DNA of 64,000 bases, taken from an uncultured virus (IMG/VR IMGVR_UViG_3300047440_000469). Its lineage: Duplodnaviria > Heunggongvirae > Uroviricota > Caudoviricetes. Each line of letters starts with the position of its first letter. The first letter of the stretch is position 1. Positions 53,583 to 63,657 of the stretch are shown here, in pieces. The translations under genes were made by a program, and so were the position numbers. A model generated the notes under the pieces. The model did no database searches. It was not told where the DNA came from and was given only the letters and a program-made list of their open reading frames with translations. The stretch lies in the IMG/VR virus record IMGVR_UViG_3300047440_000469; one strand, given 5' to 3'.

Positions 53583-55961
53583 TTAGGACTCGACGACGAT
53601 GGTGCGCACCGTCGAGACGATGTCGGTCGGCTCGGAACCGGCGTCCTTGTAGATGCCGCGATAGTCGATGGCGCCGCAGCCGAAGTCCACTTCGAGGCTC
53701 ACCCGGATGCCCTGCACGCCGAACGGCTCGTCGGTGCGGATGCGCGGGCCGGTAGCGCCGGCGAGGAAGCCGTAGACGAAGTTCGGCAGGGTGCCCGGCT
53801 CGGCGGCGAGATACCACTCGTATCCGGTGATATGCGCCTCGATGACCGGTCGCAGCTTGGCCGAGAACGGATTGACGTCGCCGATCGCGACGGCCGAGAT
53901 CGCCGCGGTGAGCTGGTCGATGCGGGTTTCATGCGCCGGACCGGCCAGGATGATCGCAGGGCCGACGTTCATGTAGTTATCCGATAGCGATTTTTGTGCC
54001 CGCATCGCCGCCCGACCCTTGCCGATCGGCATGATGGTCGGCTCGGAACCCGACGATTCATAATTGTTGTGGTTCGAGGCATCGAATACGCGATAGCCGT
54101 CCTGAGTCAGCACCGGGTTGGTGGCGAACAGGGCCCAGAAAGTATTATTCTCGAACACCAGCACGCCGTCGCCCGACGAGCCGAGGATCTGGTCGATGGC
54201 GCCGAGTTCGTCATTGACGATCATCTGCCGCGAAATGCCGATCTGCACGCCGTAAGGCTTGACGCTGACGTTTTCGCGGTTCTCGTACATGGTGCCGGCG
54301 CGGATTTCGCCGGTCTCGGTGAGTTCCTGCGGCAACGGAAACTCGCTGGCGCGGATTTGCGGGTGGGGCCGGAAATCGACGAACGGCCGCTCGATCGCGA
54401 CCTGCCGGTAAGTCGGCATGGCGAGCTGATAGCGGGCGAGCAGCGCCTTGTTGAGCACATTGGCAAAGATGGCGGGAAAGTCTGCGGTCGAGTGGAACGC
54501 CCGCTCGATGAGGTCGCCCGCCATGCGCGCGGTGCGGATATGGCCCGTATAGCCCAGGCATTCGGCGGCGATCTCGCTCCACCCCATGTTCATGTAGGAG
54601 CGGGCGCGATCGTTGTGCAGCTTCTCGTTGCCGTCGTAGACCTGCCAGGCGCGGGTCACGGCGTCGACCTTGCCCATGCGACGGGCCCATGCGGCATGGG
54701 CTTCGTTGAGGATCGCCGGAATGCGCCGCGCGGCGAGAATGCGCGTGGTCATGGCCTCGACCATGGCGTCGGCGCGGCCGTCGACCGGATCGAACACGAC
54801 GCGGCCATTGGATTCGCGGCCTCGCCGCCAATCGTTGCCGTCGTCGTCGGTGCCGCGGGCGCTGTCGATGCGGACCTTGGATGACTTCTCGGCCAACGCG
54901 TCCAGGGCGCGGGCGCGGAAGGTCTCGAGCGGTTCCTTGCGCGCCATCGCCTCGTCGAGGTCCTTGTCGTCAAAGCCGGCCTTGCGGGCAATGGTCCGCA
55001 TTTCGCGCGCATAGACGAGCGCCGCCTCCGTGGCAGCGGCGACAGCTTCATCGGCGCGCTTCTTGGCCTCCGCTGCCTGCTCCTCTTCGCGCTTCTTCGC
55101 GGCGGCCTCTTCCTCCTGGCGCTTCTTGGCGTCGGCCGCGGCGAGTTCCTCGGCTTTGGTCATGGTCGCACTCCTCTGCTGCGGATAATGGCGGAATCCG
55201 GTGCCGATGCCTTCCGCAGAGACGGGCACGGCAGATACTTCGAGCGGCTCCCAATCGACCGCCGTTCGCGTTTCCGGCGTGGTGGTCAAATCCCGTACCG
55301 ATCGATGGATGCGGTAGCCGGCCGACAGGAGAATGGGGATGCCATCCTGCAGGTCCTGCGCAATGCGCTGGCCCCTTTCAGCCTTGGAAAACTGGATTTT
55401 CGCGACGAGTTCGCCGCCTTCGACGCGTGCCGAGCCGGGCACGATGGCACCGAGCACGGCATCCATGCCGCCATAGTAGCGATGGCCATCGAGAAACTGG
55501 GCGCCGGCGTTGAACCTGCCGAGACGGATCGAACCCGGCGACATGTCGAGCGCCTCGTCCCATTCCTCATCATTCCACCAATCCTTGCGGCGCACCTTGG
55601 CACCGGTTGAGATCACCGCGTCGGCCATCCGCGTCTTGGGGTCATAGGAACGCGGCGCCATCGTCAGCGACATGTCGCGCTGCGATATTTCGAGCACCTC
55701 GTCGAAACTGCGCTGGCGCGGCAAGGCGCGGTCGTCCTCGCCCTCGCTTCCTTCCTCCGACTCGCCTTCGCCAGGCTTCTTTTCGGTGGTGGTCTCGCCT
55801 TCTTCGTCGTCGGACACGGCGTCGTTGGCGCGCTTGATGGCCTCTTGCTCAGCGACGCCCTCGTCGAGCGCCTCGTTGGCAATTCTCGCCCATTTGGCGC
55901 GCTTTTTCGGCGCGTTGGCCATTTTGGTATGATTTTCGGCGTCGCTGGCTTTAAACCGCAT
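53583..55961 (-). CDS. Prohead protease-major capsid fusion protein
   Basis: LDGH, SAGYRI, DWEPLEVSAVP protease motifs; HSTADFPAI...ISRQMIVND...DFGCGAIDYRG capsid motifs. Confidence 0.92.
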   Translation of the reverse strand: MRFKASDAENHTKMANAPKKRAKWARIANEALDEGVAEQEAIKRANDAVSDDEEGETTTEKKPGEGESEEGSEGEDDRALPRQRSFDEVLEISQRDMSLTMAPRSYDPKTRMADAVISTGAKVRRKDWWNDEEWDEALDMSPGSIRLGRFNAGAQFLDGHRYYGGMDAVLGAIVPGSARVEGGELVAKIQFSKAERGQRIAQDLQDGIPILLSAGYRIHRSVRDLTTTPETRTAVDWEPLEVSAVPVSAEGIGTGFRHYPQQRSATMTKAEELAAADAKKRQEEEAAAKKREEEQAAEAKKRADEAVAAATEAALVYAREMRTIARKAGFDDKDLDEAMARKEPLETFRARALDALAEKSSKVRIDSARGTDDDGNDWRRGRESNGRVVFDPVDGRADAMVEAMTTRILAARRIPAILNEAHAAWARRMGKVDAVTRAWQVYDGNEKLHNDRARSYMNMGWSEIAAECLGYTGHIRTARMAGDLIERAFHSTADFPAIFANVLNKALLARYQLAMPTYRQVAIERPFVDFRPHPQIRASEFPLPQELTETGEIRAGTMYENRENVSVKPYGVQIGISRQMIVNDELGAIDQILGSSGDGVLVFENNTFWALFATNPVLTQDGYRVFDASNHNNYESSGSEPTIMPIGKGRAAMRAQKSLSDNYMNVGPAIILAGPAHETRIDQLTAAISAVAIGDVNPFSAKLRPVIEAHITGYEWYLAAEPGTLPNFVYGFLAGATGPRIRTDEPFGVQGIRVSLEVDFGCGAIDYRGIYKDAGSEPTDIVSTVRTIVVES

Positions 55962-56036
55962 GATTTTGGTCCTTTTTCACCAAAACTTGCTGCCAAATAG
56001 CGAATTTCCCCGAATTCCGGCGGCAATTTCAGGCAT

Positions 56037-57659
56037 CTAGTGCATGGCCTGCTGCTCATCCGGATCAATCGGATTGCCGTCGGCGTCTACGACTTCATCG
56101 CCAGGGTCGGCAGTACCGTTGCCGTTCGCTTTGCCGTTAGACTTGGCAGTCTGTTTTGGAGCCGCACCAGTGTCGGCGGCCTGTTGCCTGATGCCGGCCT
56201 GGGTCATCAGGCGGGCGTCGAGGTCGAGCACGACGCCCTTCTCGTCACAGTAGGCGTTGAACTCAGCCCACTGATCGATGACATCGCGCCAATCGTGGCC
56301 CCATGAGGCGATGAAGGCCTGCGGCGAGGTATGGCCGGCGCGCACGCTCTGAATTTCCGCCAGGAGATCGAGCCGTGGGTTGATCGGCTCCCACGAAGGC
56401 GTGACCCAATTGACTGGATAACCTTCGTCGCGGTCTTTGAGCATGCCGGCGAGAATGGCGCGGTCAATGAAGCGATCCCATACCGGATCGCACAGCTTGG
56501 GAATTAGATCGACGTGCTGAATATGTTCGATGGTGCGCCGGAAATCGATCTTACCCGCCCGCAGCGACGAATAATTGGCCTGGCGCATATCGCCGGTGGC
56601 CTGGTCGTAAGTGCAGCCGATGCCCGCCGAGTAGGCCATCAGATTGAAGAGAAACATCGGCTCGACCTGCATGTTGCTGGTCGGCTGCGCGAACTTGATG
56701 TCTTGCCCAGCCTTCAGCTCTTTCAGCATGCCCGGTTCGAGCATGGTCACCTGTTCGTGGGTGACCTCGTCGGGCGTGCTGTCGACGAGCGGATCGAGTT
56801 CGTCGGAATTGGTGATGAAGCCGGCAAAGCACGCCTCGACCCTGGCCTTCATGTTGACGGCGTCGAGAAAGTCGGAGAGTTCGCGCGCCGTCGTGAGCAC
56901 CGGCGCAAACCATGGCACGCCGCGCACTTGACCGGGCCTCAACATGCGAAACAGATGCAGCACCTCGTCCTTGGGGACGAATTCGGAAATTCCGGGCCGC
57001 AGATTGTAGGTGGTGATCTCACCGGGGTGCCACGGCAGCAGCCATAGGCCGGTCGGCTCGCCGTATTCGCCCAGGCCGACGCCCATGCGCGAGCGCTTAG
57101 TGTTCTCCGGTGCGCCTTCAGCCAGGCTGTAGATGCCTTCGCGGAACTGGTCGATGAAATCGCTTTCCAGCAGTTGCACCTTGAACGGCACCAGTCCGCG
57201 CTTGCGGTTGACGCGCTGGTCCATGAGGCGCAGCGCAACATCGCCCGACTCGATCATGGAGCGGACCGCCAGCGCCTGAATGCCGTTGAAGGTCAGCCGG
57301 CCCTCGAGGTCGGCGTTCTTCTGCCACTGGTTCCACAACGCCATGACCTTCTTGTCGGTATCTTTATCGCCGGTCTTGCACACCGGCGTCAGCCCGGTGC
57401 CGACGATGTTGGTCACCATGACGTCGAGCATGCGCGGCGCATGCGGCGTGTTGCGCACCAGGTCGCGCGAACGATCGCGCAATGCGCGCAGCGCCTGGGA
57501 AAGCTCGGCATTGGCCGAGGTATGACGGGCGCGCCAGGCCGTCGCCCGCCGGCCTGCCGAGGCGCCGTCATAGATGCGCATGGCATGGCGCGCACGGGCG
57601 CGCGCAAGCCCGGCCTTCGGCGCGAAGAACGAGATGACGGCGTCGAAGGGGTTTTTCAC
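56037..57659 (-). CDS. Lambda-family portal protein
   Basis: YDGAS...LRDRSRDLVRN, RPGQVRGVPW, NYSSLRAG. Confidence 0.93.
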   Translation of the reverse strand: MKNPFDAVISFFAPKAGLARARARHAMRIYDGASAGRRATAWRARHTSANAELSQALRALRDRSRDLVRNTPHAPRMLDVMVTNIVGTGLTPVCKTGDKDTDKKVMALWNQWQKNADLEGRLTFNGIQALAVRSMIESGDVALRLMDQRVNRKRGLVPFKVQLLESDFIDQFREGIYSLAEGAPENTKRSRMGVGLGEYGEPTGLWLLPWHPGEITTYNLRPGISEFVPKDEVLHLFRMLRPGQVRGVPWFAPVLTTARELSDFLDAVNMKARVEACFAGFITNSDELDPLVDSTPDEVTHEQVTMLEPGMLKELKAGQDIKFAQPTSNMQVEPMFLFNLMAYSAGIGCTYDQATGDMRQANYSSLRAGKIDFRRTIEHIQHVDLIPKLCDPVWDRFIDRAILAGMLKDRDEGYPVNWVTPSWEPINPRLDLLAEIQSVRAGHTSPQAFIASWGHDWRDVIDQWAEFNAYCDEKGVVLDLDARLMTQAGIRQQAADTGAAPKQTAKSNGKANGNGTADPGDEVVDADGNPIDPDEQQAMH

Positions 57660-57899
57660 CTACACCCCGCCATAGGTCGTGGTATCGCGTGGCCGGCTGC
57701 CGCCATAGCCGCGGTCGTGCGCGGCCAGCACAGTGGCGCCCTTCTTTGACAGGCCAAGGGAGGTGCGCATGATCGAGCGCACCCGCAGCATCTCATCGAG
57801 GCTGCGATAAGTGACGCTCTTGCCTTCGTAGCTGCAACTGAGCGTGCCGGAAGCAATCGCAGTCTCGATCGTGTCCAGCATGGCGAGAGTGAAGGCCAT
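57660..57899 (-). CDS. gpW-like head completion protein
   Basis: IETAIASG...EGKSVTYRSLDEM. Confidence 0.8.
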   Translation of the reverse strand: MAFTLAMLDTIETAIASGTLSCSYEGKSVTYRSLDEMLRVRSIMRTSLGLSKKGATVLAAHDRGYGGSRPRDTTTYGGV

Positions 57900-57913
57900 G
57901 GCGATATCCTCGA

Positions 57914-59797
57914 TTAGCGGTCGAACCAACCGCCGCGGCGGTCGCCGAACCATGTCGAAGCGGGGCGGCGGTAGACCGGCAGCCGCGATGCCGGGGCTTC
58001 GCGGCTGGGTTCGACCTCGATTTCGTCCGGCGCCGGCTCCGGTTCGTGAGGCGGAGGCGCCGGCGGGTCGGGCAGGTCAGGCAATCTGTCGAGCCGCACC
58101 GGCATCGACATGCGAGCGGCGAGCGCCAGCACCCAGCAGTCGAGCACCTCGTTGCGCTTGCCGGACGGCAGGAACCATATCCGATAGGGCCGCCCGAATT
58201 TGTAACGGGTGAGCACCTGCTCGGCGGTGAGCTGGTCGAAGAACTCCTGCCCGAACGCGTCGCCGAGCGGAAAGTGGATGTAGCCCGGTCCCGGGTTGGC
58301 GATCTTGAGCCGTCCGTAAAGCGTATCCTTGCCGGTATCGACGCCGATCACGAACAGCGGGTGATTCTGCTTGGTGCGCGAGGCCCGCTTTGGCCAGATC
58401 GGACGCGGGCCGGCAGCGCCCTTGGTCGGAAACACCCGCCGCTTGCGCCGAGTGGCGCAGAAACTGAACACCGCATGAGCATGATGACCGCCGGTGTCGA
58501 TGCAGCACGCCCGGATGCGCAGCTCGCGCCGCGCCTCGGTGCGATAGGGCTCGATGAGAATGCGGTCGAGTTCGAGCCAGACCGTCGCCTGCGCCGGATC
58601 GCCGTGCAGGATCTGATAATCGGCGATCCAGGTTTCCTCCTGCGGACCGAAACCGAGCACCAGCACTTCGAGGCGATCGCCCTGTACGTCGACGCCGGCC
58701 GTGAGCAGCCTGATTTCGTCCGGCAGCGCGCTCGCGCCATAGGCCTCGCGGCGCGCCAGCATGCCGCTGCTTTCGACGCTCTCGGCCGGCTCTTCCCAGG
58801 TCTCGCCGCAGATGGTGTTGACCCACACCTGCAACAGCTGCGGATCGTGCCGCGCCTGCAGGAACTCGGTAACGATTTCCGCCAATGTCAGCCACGGCGA
58901 CAGAAAGCCGGGGATGTGGAAACCCGCGGTGCCGTTGAACGGCCGTTGCGCGATCCACTTGCCTTTCTTGACTGCATCGGCGCGCTGCACGTCGTTCCAC
59001 AGCGAGCCGCAGGCCTCGCACATGTAATGGGCGGTCTGCGGCAGATGCTCGCCGGCGCCATCCTTCTCCCACCGCACGTTTTCCCAGCGCAGCGTCTGCG
59101 CATGGCCGCAATCCGGGCACGGCACGAAGTAGCGGCGCTGGTCGGAATTCTTCCACTCACGCTCGATCGCGCTCTTGTCCTTGATGGTCGGCGTCGAGCC
59201 CACGAGCGTTTTCCGGTTCCAGAAAGTCTGCTGCCGCTTGGCAGCGAGCGCGAGCGGATTGCCCTCGGTGCCGGCCGAAACCGGATAGCGGTCGACCTCA
59301 TCGGCGAGCACGATGCGGATCGGCCGCGCCGCCAGCGCCGAGGGCGCATTGGCGCCGATGATCGACAGTTGCCCGCCAGTGAACAGCTTCTGCAGGATCG
59401 TGTTGCCGCTGTCGCGACTGCGCGGATCGCGCACCGCGCCGGTCAGCGCCGGGGTATCGCGGATCATCGGCGCCAGTCGTTCCTTTGACCACGACTCGGC
59501 GGCCGAGATAGTGGGCTGAATGACCAGGATCGGCGACGGGTCCTCGACCATGTAGAACGCGGCCGCATTGTTGAGGCATTCCGTCCAACCGGTCTGCGTC
59601 CCCTTGATGCAGATGACGCGGGTGACGAGCGGATCGCCGATCGCATCCATGAGTCCGCGCTGATATTCGGCGCGCTCGGTCGACCATCTGCCAGGCTCGG
59701 CGGAGGCCTCGCGAGAGAGGAAGCGGTTGTGGTCAGCCCATTGCGAGATCGTCAGCGTCGGCGGCGGCGTCAGAATCCGCAAGGCCTGCCGGATCAT
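57914..59797 (-). CDS. terL: Terminase large subunit (lambda GpA family)
   Basis: KGTQTGWTE, LADEVD, STPT, SDQRRYFVPCPDC, GVDVQ, RNEVLDC; start could be as far up as 59869. Confidence 0.94.
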   Translation of the reverse strand: MIRQALRILTPPPTLTISQWADHNRFLSREASAEPGRWSTERAEYQRGLMDAIGDPLVTRVICIKGTQTGWTECLNNAAAFYMVEDPSPILVIQPTISAAESWSKERLAPMIRDTPALTGAVRDPRSRDSGNTILQKLFTGGQLSIIGANAPSALAARPIRIVLADEVDRYPVSAGTEGNPLALAAKRQQTFWNRKTLVGSTPTIKDKSAIEREWKNSDQRRYFVPCPDCGHAQTLRWENVRWEKDGAGEHLPQTAHYMCEACGSLWNDVQRADAVKKGKWIAQRPFNGTAGFHIPGFLSPWLTLAEIVTEFLQARHDPQLLQVWVNTICGETWEEPAESVESSGMLARREAYGASALPDEIRLLTAGVDVQGDRLEVLVLGFGPQEETWIADYQILHGDPAQATVWLELDRILIEPYRTEARRELRIRACCIDTGGHHAHAVFSFCATRRKRRVFPTKGAAGPRPIWPKRASRTKQNHPLFVIGVDTGKDTLYGRLKIANPGPGYIHFPLGDAFGQEFFDQLTAEQVLTRYKFGRPYRIWFLPSGKRNEVLDCWVLALAARMSMPVRLDRLPDLPDPPAPPPHEPEPAPDEIEVEPSREAPASRLPVYRRPASTWFGDRRGGWFDR

Positions 59798-60335
59798 CGC
59801 GGCGAGACCTTGATGGGTTCCGGCCGGAAGGCTGATCGACGGCAACGGGCGTGATGGAAGCCTGCTCAAGAACTTTCTCGATTTCCTTACGCATCAGCGC
59901 CTGCGCCTCGACAGCGCTGCGCACCATGCCGATGCGCGCCGCGAGCTGCGCCGGCACCGCGAGCATGAGCGTGCGCAAGGTGGTGAGCACTTGGGCCCAC
60001 GCCCGCGCGACCTGCTCGAGCGGCACCAGTTCGCCGGCGAGCTGGGCGCGCTCCATCTCCAACATGTCGGCCCGCGCCCTCGCCTGCCGGGTCCGATGAG
60101 CCGTCAGGGCATCGCCGGTCTCGCCCTTCTGCAGGAAGCGGATGTAGCCGCGCATGCAGCCGACGAGGTCATAGCGGCCACGCTCGACCGGCGGCGGGAT
60201 GATGCCCTCCTTCACCAGGACATGGATGCGGCGCACCTTGAGATTGAGCGCCTCGCACACGGCGTCGAGCGATACCGTCTGCGGCGCCTTGGATTTTGAG
60301 GTTTGCATCGACTGCTTGCCCCGTTTAGCCACCAT
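59733..60335 (-). CDS. terS: Terminase small subunit (Nu1-like)
   Basis: N-terminal wHTH (RRIHVLVKEG...GRYDL) and coiled coil with GELV. Confidence 0.85.
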   Translation of the reverse strand: MVAKRGKQSMQTSKSKAPQTVSLDAVCEALNLKVRRIHVLVKEGIIPPPVERGRYDLVGCMRGYIRFLQKGETGDALTAHRTRQARARADMLEMERAQLAGELVPLEQVARAWAQVLTTLRTLMLAVPAQLAARIGMVRSAVEAQALMRKEIEKVLEQASITPVAVDQPSGRNPSRSRRDDPAGLADSDAAADADDLAMG

Positions 60336-60352
60336 GGGCTAAGACTTTTTTC

Positions 60353-60613
60353 ATGACGAACCGCCGCCAATTCCTCGCTGGACTGCTGGCCTCAACTGCG
60401 CCGCTGCCGGCATTTGTGACACAGACAATCGAGCGTATGGACGCTGCTCAGCAATGGGTCCGCGTCGTTTCATTCGCCAGTCATGAAATCTATCGCGCGG
60501 GCAAACCAATCGCGGCGGGCGATCTCATTGAGGGCGAGGTAGTCTTTCTTAATTGGAATGTTGCACCGCCGAGATTTGTGACAGTTGACCGTCACATAGA
60601 TGAACGATTGTGA
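60353..60613 (+). CDS. Hypothetical protein with twin-arginine-like N-terminus
   Basis: MTNRRQFLAGLLASTA. Confidence 0.5.
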   Translation: MTNRRQFLAGLLASTAPLPAFVTQTIERMDAAQQWVRVVSFASHEIYRAGKPIAAGDLIEGEVVFLNWNVAPPRFVTVDRHIDERL

Positions 60614-60842
60614 AATCGATCCCGGTGCGTTCACGGCTATGTTGTCGCACGCTCGACGCTCTTTTCTGCAAACGCATGTTTATTCAAATAAATTGCACCA
60701 CCGTAAAAAAGTCGTGAGATCGTGAACGAAGCCGCAACGCGCCGGAAATTGCAGTTGCGCTCTTTTTCAGGCCTGCACATATGGACGCGACCGCTGGGAA
60801 TCGTCTCGGCGGCGTACTTCCAAACATCAGGGAATCGTCTCG

Positions 60843-61712
60843 ATGTCCAAGCCAACTCTCCTCACCCGCATAACCTACCTGACCGCCGTCGTGCTGGCCC
60901 TGTTCTCGGGTGCCGTCTCGACTTACGGCCTCACGCGCTTTGCACCTGGGGCCGAATGGGTCATCGCTGCCATGGGCCTGCTGTTCGAAGCCGGCAAGCT
61001 CACCGCCTTCTCGATGATGCACCGGCAGATACCCGCCCCGCTCAAGGCCGGGCTCCTCGCCGTCGGAGTCATCCTGATGACCCTCAACATCGTCGGCGTG
61101 TCCGGGTTCATGTCGAACGCCTACGAAAAGGCCCAGGTCGTCGCGAGGGCTGCCTCGCACACGGCCTCGGCCGAGGCTGCCGCCGCTGTCACGACGCTCG
61201 ACCGGCAGCTCGCGACCGCTGACAAGGCCGTCGCCGAGGCACGCGCTGCCATGGCCAAGGCCAAAGGCGACCGCGACCAGATCAGGGCCGTCACCGCCAT
61301 GGTCACCAACGCCACTGCGGATCGTGACCGGATCGCCAGGGACCTCGCCAACGCGCAAGCAAGGCAGGCCAAGGCCGAAGGCGCCACGATTGCCGCCTCG
61401 GCCGAATTCGCCGCCATCGCCTTCCTGGCGGCGGCGACGGGTACCGCGCAGAGCCAAGTCGCGCACCTCATCATCCTGGTGGTTTCGAGCCTGCTGGATA
61501 TCCTCGCCGCGCTGCTCATCATCACCGCGCCATACACGCGCCTCGACGTGACACCCGCCGCCCCGGCGCCAATCCAAGCCCCGGCCGAGGTCATTCCAGT
61601 GCTGACACCGCGCCAGATCGCCGCCCGCCAGGGCGCCAAGACCAGACGCAAAAACGAACGGCGTCGGGCCAAGGCGCGCAAGACCGGTCCGCAACTGGCC
61701 TATACCAACTAA
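60843..61712 (+). CDS. Multi-TM coiled-coil membrane protein
   Basis: Three N-terminal TMs, Ala-rich coiled coil, further hydrophobic segment, basic tail. Confidence 0.7.
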   Translation: MSKPTLLTRITYLTAVVLALFSGAVSTYGLTRFAPGAEWVIAAMGLLFEAGKLTAFSMMHRQIPAPLKAGLLAVGVILMTLNIVGVSGFMSNAYEKAQVVARAASHTASAEAAAAVTTLDRQLATADKAVAEARAAMAKAKGDRDQIRAVTAMVTNATADRDRIARDLANAQARQAKAEGATIAASAEFAAIAFLAAATGTAQSQVAHLIILVVSSLLDILAALLIITAPYTRLDVTPAAPAPIQAPAEVIPVLTPRQIAARQGAKTRRKNERRRAKARKTGPQLAYTN

Positions 61713-61723
61713 AGAAACGAGCG

Positions 61724-62071
61724 ATGTCAGCCAACCCCACACACCACACTGCGGTCGACCTCTTCCTCGAGGTCGGCCGTCTTCTCTATGAGGGCGACGA
61801 CTGGCAGTCGCAATTTGCCGCCGACCTCAACGTTCCCACCACCCGCATCCGCAACATCCGCCGCGGCAAGGCCGACCTCGGCCGCGGCAACGCCATGCTC
61901 GACGACGCCCTCAAGACCGCCGAGCGGATCGCCGACGCCGCCCAGCGCGACCTCACACGCGCCAAGGAGCGCGTCAGAGCGACCACACGCGCTCGCAATG
62001 CCATCAGGGCGTGGAAAGAAAAAAGCTACCAACCTACCTCGGCCGCGTCCCGCGCCAAGGAAGCCCGCTGA
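61724..62071 (+). CDS. HTH-like hypothetical protein
   Basis: VGRLLY...WQSQFAADLNVPTTRIRNIRRG. Confidence 0.65.
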   Translation: MSANPTHHTAVDLFLEVGRLLYEGDDWQSQFAADLNVPTTRIRNIRRGKADLGRGNAMLDDALKTAERIADAAQRDLTRAKERVRATTRARNAIRAWKEKSYQPTSAASRAKEAR

Positions 62072-62399
62072 GTAGCCCTCCGCCCGACCGCCATTACCCT
62101 ACAGATTTTTTGGCCGCGCTTACGGACGGCCACGGCTGCAAAGTCTCGGCCGAATTTTGCCGATAGGGAGCCGCGCCGACTTCACGCGGGGCATTTTCAG
62201 TAGCCGTATAGTACCGCAGAAAAAAATTCTATCACTAGCCCTATTTTTCGCTCGCGCGCGACCCGTTATGGCCTCCCCGTAGAATCAGATCCTATCCCCC
62301 GGGGGCCATCCTTCCTGCCTGCAAGAAGTGCCTGTGCTGCAATGGCTTTTCGCATCGTCAAACGAGCCGAAAAAGGCCGTAGCATATTATTTCGGGGGT

Positions 62400-62999
62400 T
62401 TATCGCCTCGTCACCATGGCCTTGCGCATGGCGTCGGCGAAGCCGGTGCGCATGCTCTCGCGCATGGCGTATTCAAAGTCCTCATAGAATGGCACGTCCT
62501 TGGGCTGTGTCACGCTTGACTTGAATGAGTAGCGCAAGTGTAGCCGGCCGCCTTCACCCACGAAGATGCCACGACGCGTGACGCGCAATGCGCGCTTAGA
62601 CGTCGAGGCGATGACGCCTGCCGGGCGCTCGCGAGCGGGAATGCCATGCGCCGTGTAATGCACCGAGCCAGGAAGCGGCAGGGCGAGCCGATGCGCGCCG
62701 CCCTGTTTGATGCCGCCTTCGGCATGCAGCCGCAGATGCGCACGATTGAGCACGTCATAGATTTCGACGCGCAGATTGCGCTTGGTCGATTTCTCGACGC
62801 GCAATGCGGCCGTGATGAACGAGGCGTTGCGCATGTGGACATGATCGGGCCAGGTGTCCGAGACGATCACCTGCCTTGCCTTGAAGGCGCCGTCGTTCAA
62901 GAGCTGCGACATGACGAACGGGACCTGATCGACCGCGCTTTCGATCTGGCGCATCAGGCGCTCGACGTCACCGAGATCGAACTGTACGACGGCGGGCAT
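62400..62999 (-). CDS. Lambda gpZ-like neck/tail-completion protein
   Basis: DQVPFVMSQLLND...VEKSTK..L...EGG.K; upstream of the terminase. Confidence 0.6.
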   Translation of the reverse strand: MPAVVQFDLGDVERLMRQIESAVDQVPFVMSQLLNDGAFKARQVIVSDTWPDHVHMRNASFITAALRVEKSTKRNLRVEIYDVLNRAHLRLHAEGGIKQGGAHRLALPLPGSVHYTAHGIPARERPAGVIASTSKRALRVTRRGIFVGEGGRLHLRYSFKSSVTQPKDVPFYEDFEYAMRESMRTGFADAMRKAMVTRR

Positions 63000-63042
63000 G
63001 TCGTTTTTTTCCCCCAACGAGGTGGTCAAAAAAATCGACCCT

Positions 63043-63336
63043 TTAGAACCGATAACTGACTCCGAACTTCTGCTCGAAGATGCGGTAATGCGCCGTCGAT
63101 GTCGCAAGCACAGCGCCGGTAATCGGATCGCTGGCAGTCAGCGCCTTGTCGCCGAGGCGGAAGTAATCGCCCTCGATGCCGATCGACCAATGCTGATCGA
63201 GCGCATACGACAGTCCGGCGCCGACATTCCAACCGGTCCCTGCCGCTTGATTGTTTGCGCACGGCCGAGCGGCAGCGATGAGCAAACAGGAACGCAATCG
63301 AAGTGCGGCGATTGCCAAGCGACCAGCGATGCCCAT
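63043..63336 (-). pseudogene. C-terminal fragment of an Omp25/RopB-like outer-membrane beta-barrel
   Basis: GWNVGAGLSYALDQHWSIGIEGDY...KFGVSYRF with terminal Phe. Confidence 0.6.
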
Positions 63337-63657
63337 GAGCCAAGCCCAGCTGCCTTTCACAGCCGCGCCCATTGCAAGACGAGCACGCGGCGCACAAGCG
63401 AACGACTGCGGCTCATGCCTTGCCAATGCAGGGCAGGGTACTAGGCTCGACTTTAGAATCGCTTGCCTTTTGCAAGCAGCCACCACCCCCCGGGGCAGGG
63501 CGGCAGATCGAGGCGATGCAAACGAGCATGCGTTACTACAGGCACAGAAACGGCAGCACCAAGCGCAGGGGCCACGGCATCGCCAACCAGTGGTCGATGC
63601 ACAACACGCTGCGCTCGATCCTGCGGGCGGCTTCCTCGGCGGTCAGAAGATCGGCGA

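Noticed and set aside
62072..62399. Exact cos site
   Set aside because: Position is suggestive, but the nick site cannot be determined from sequence alone.
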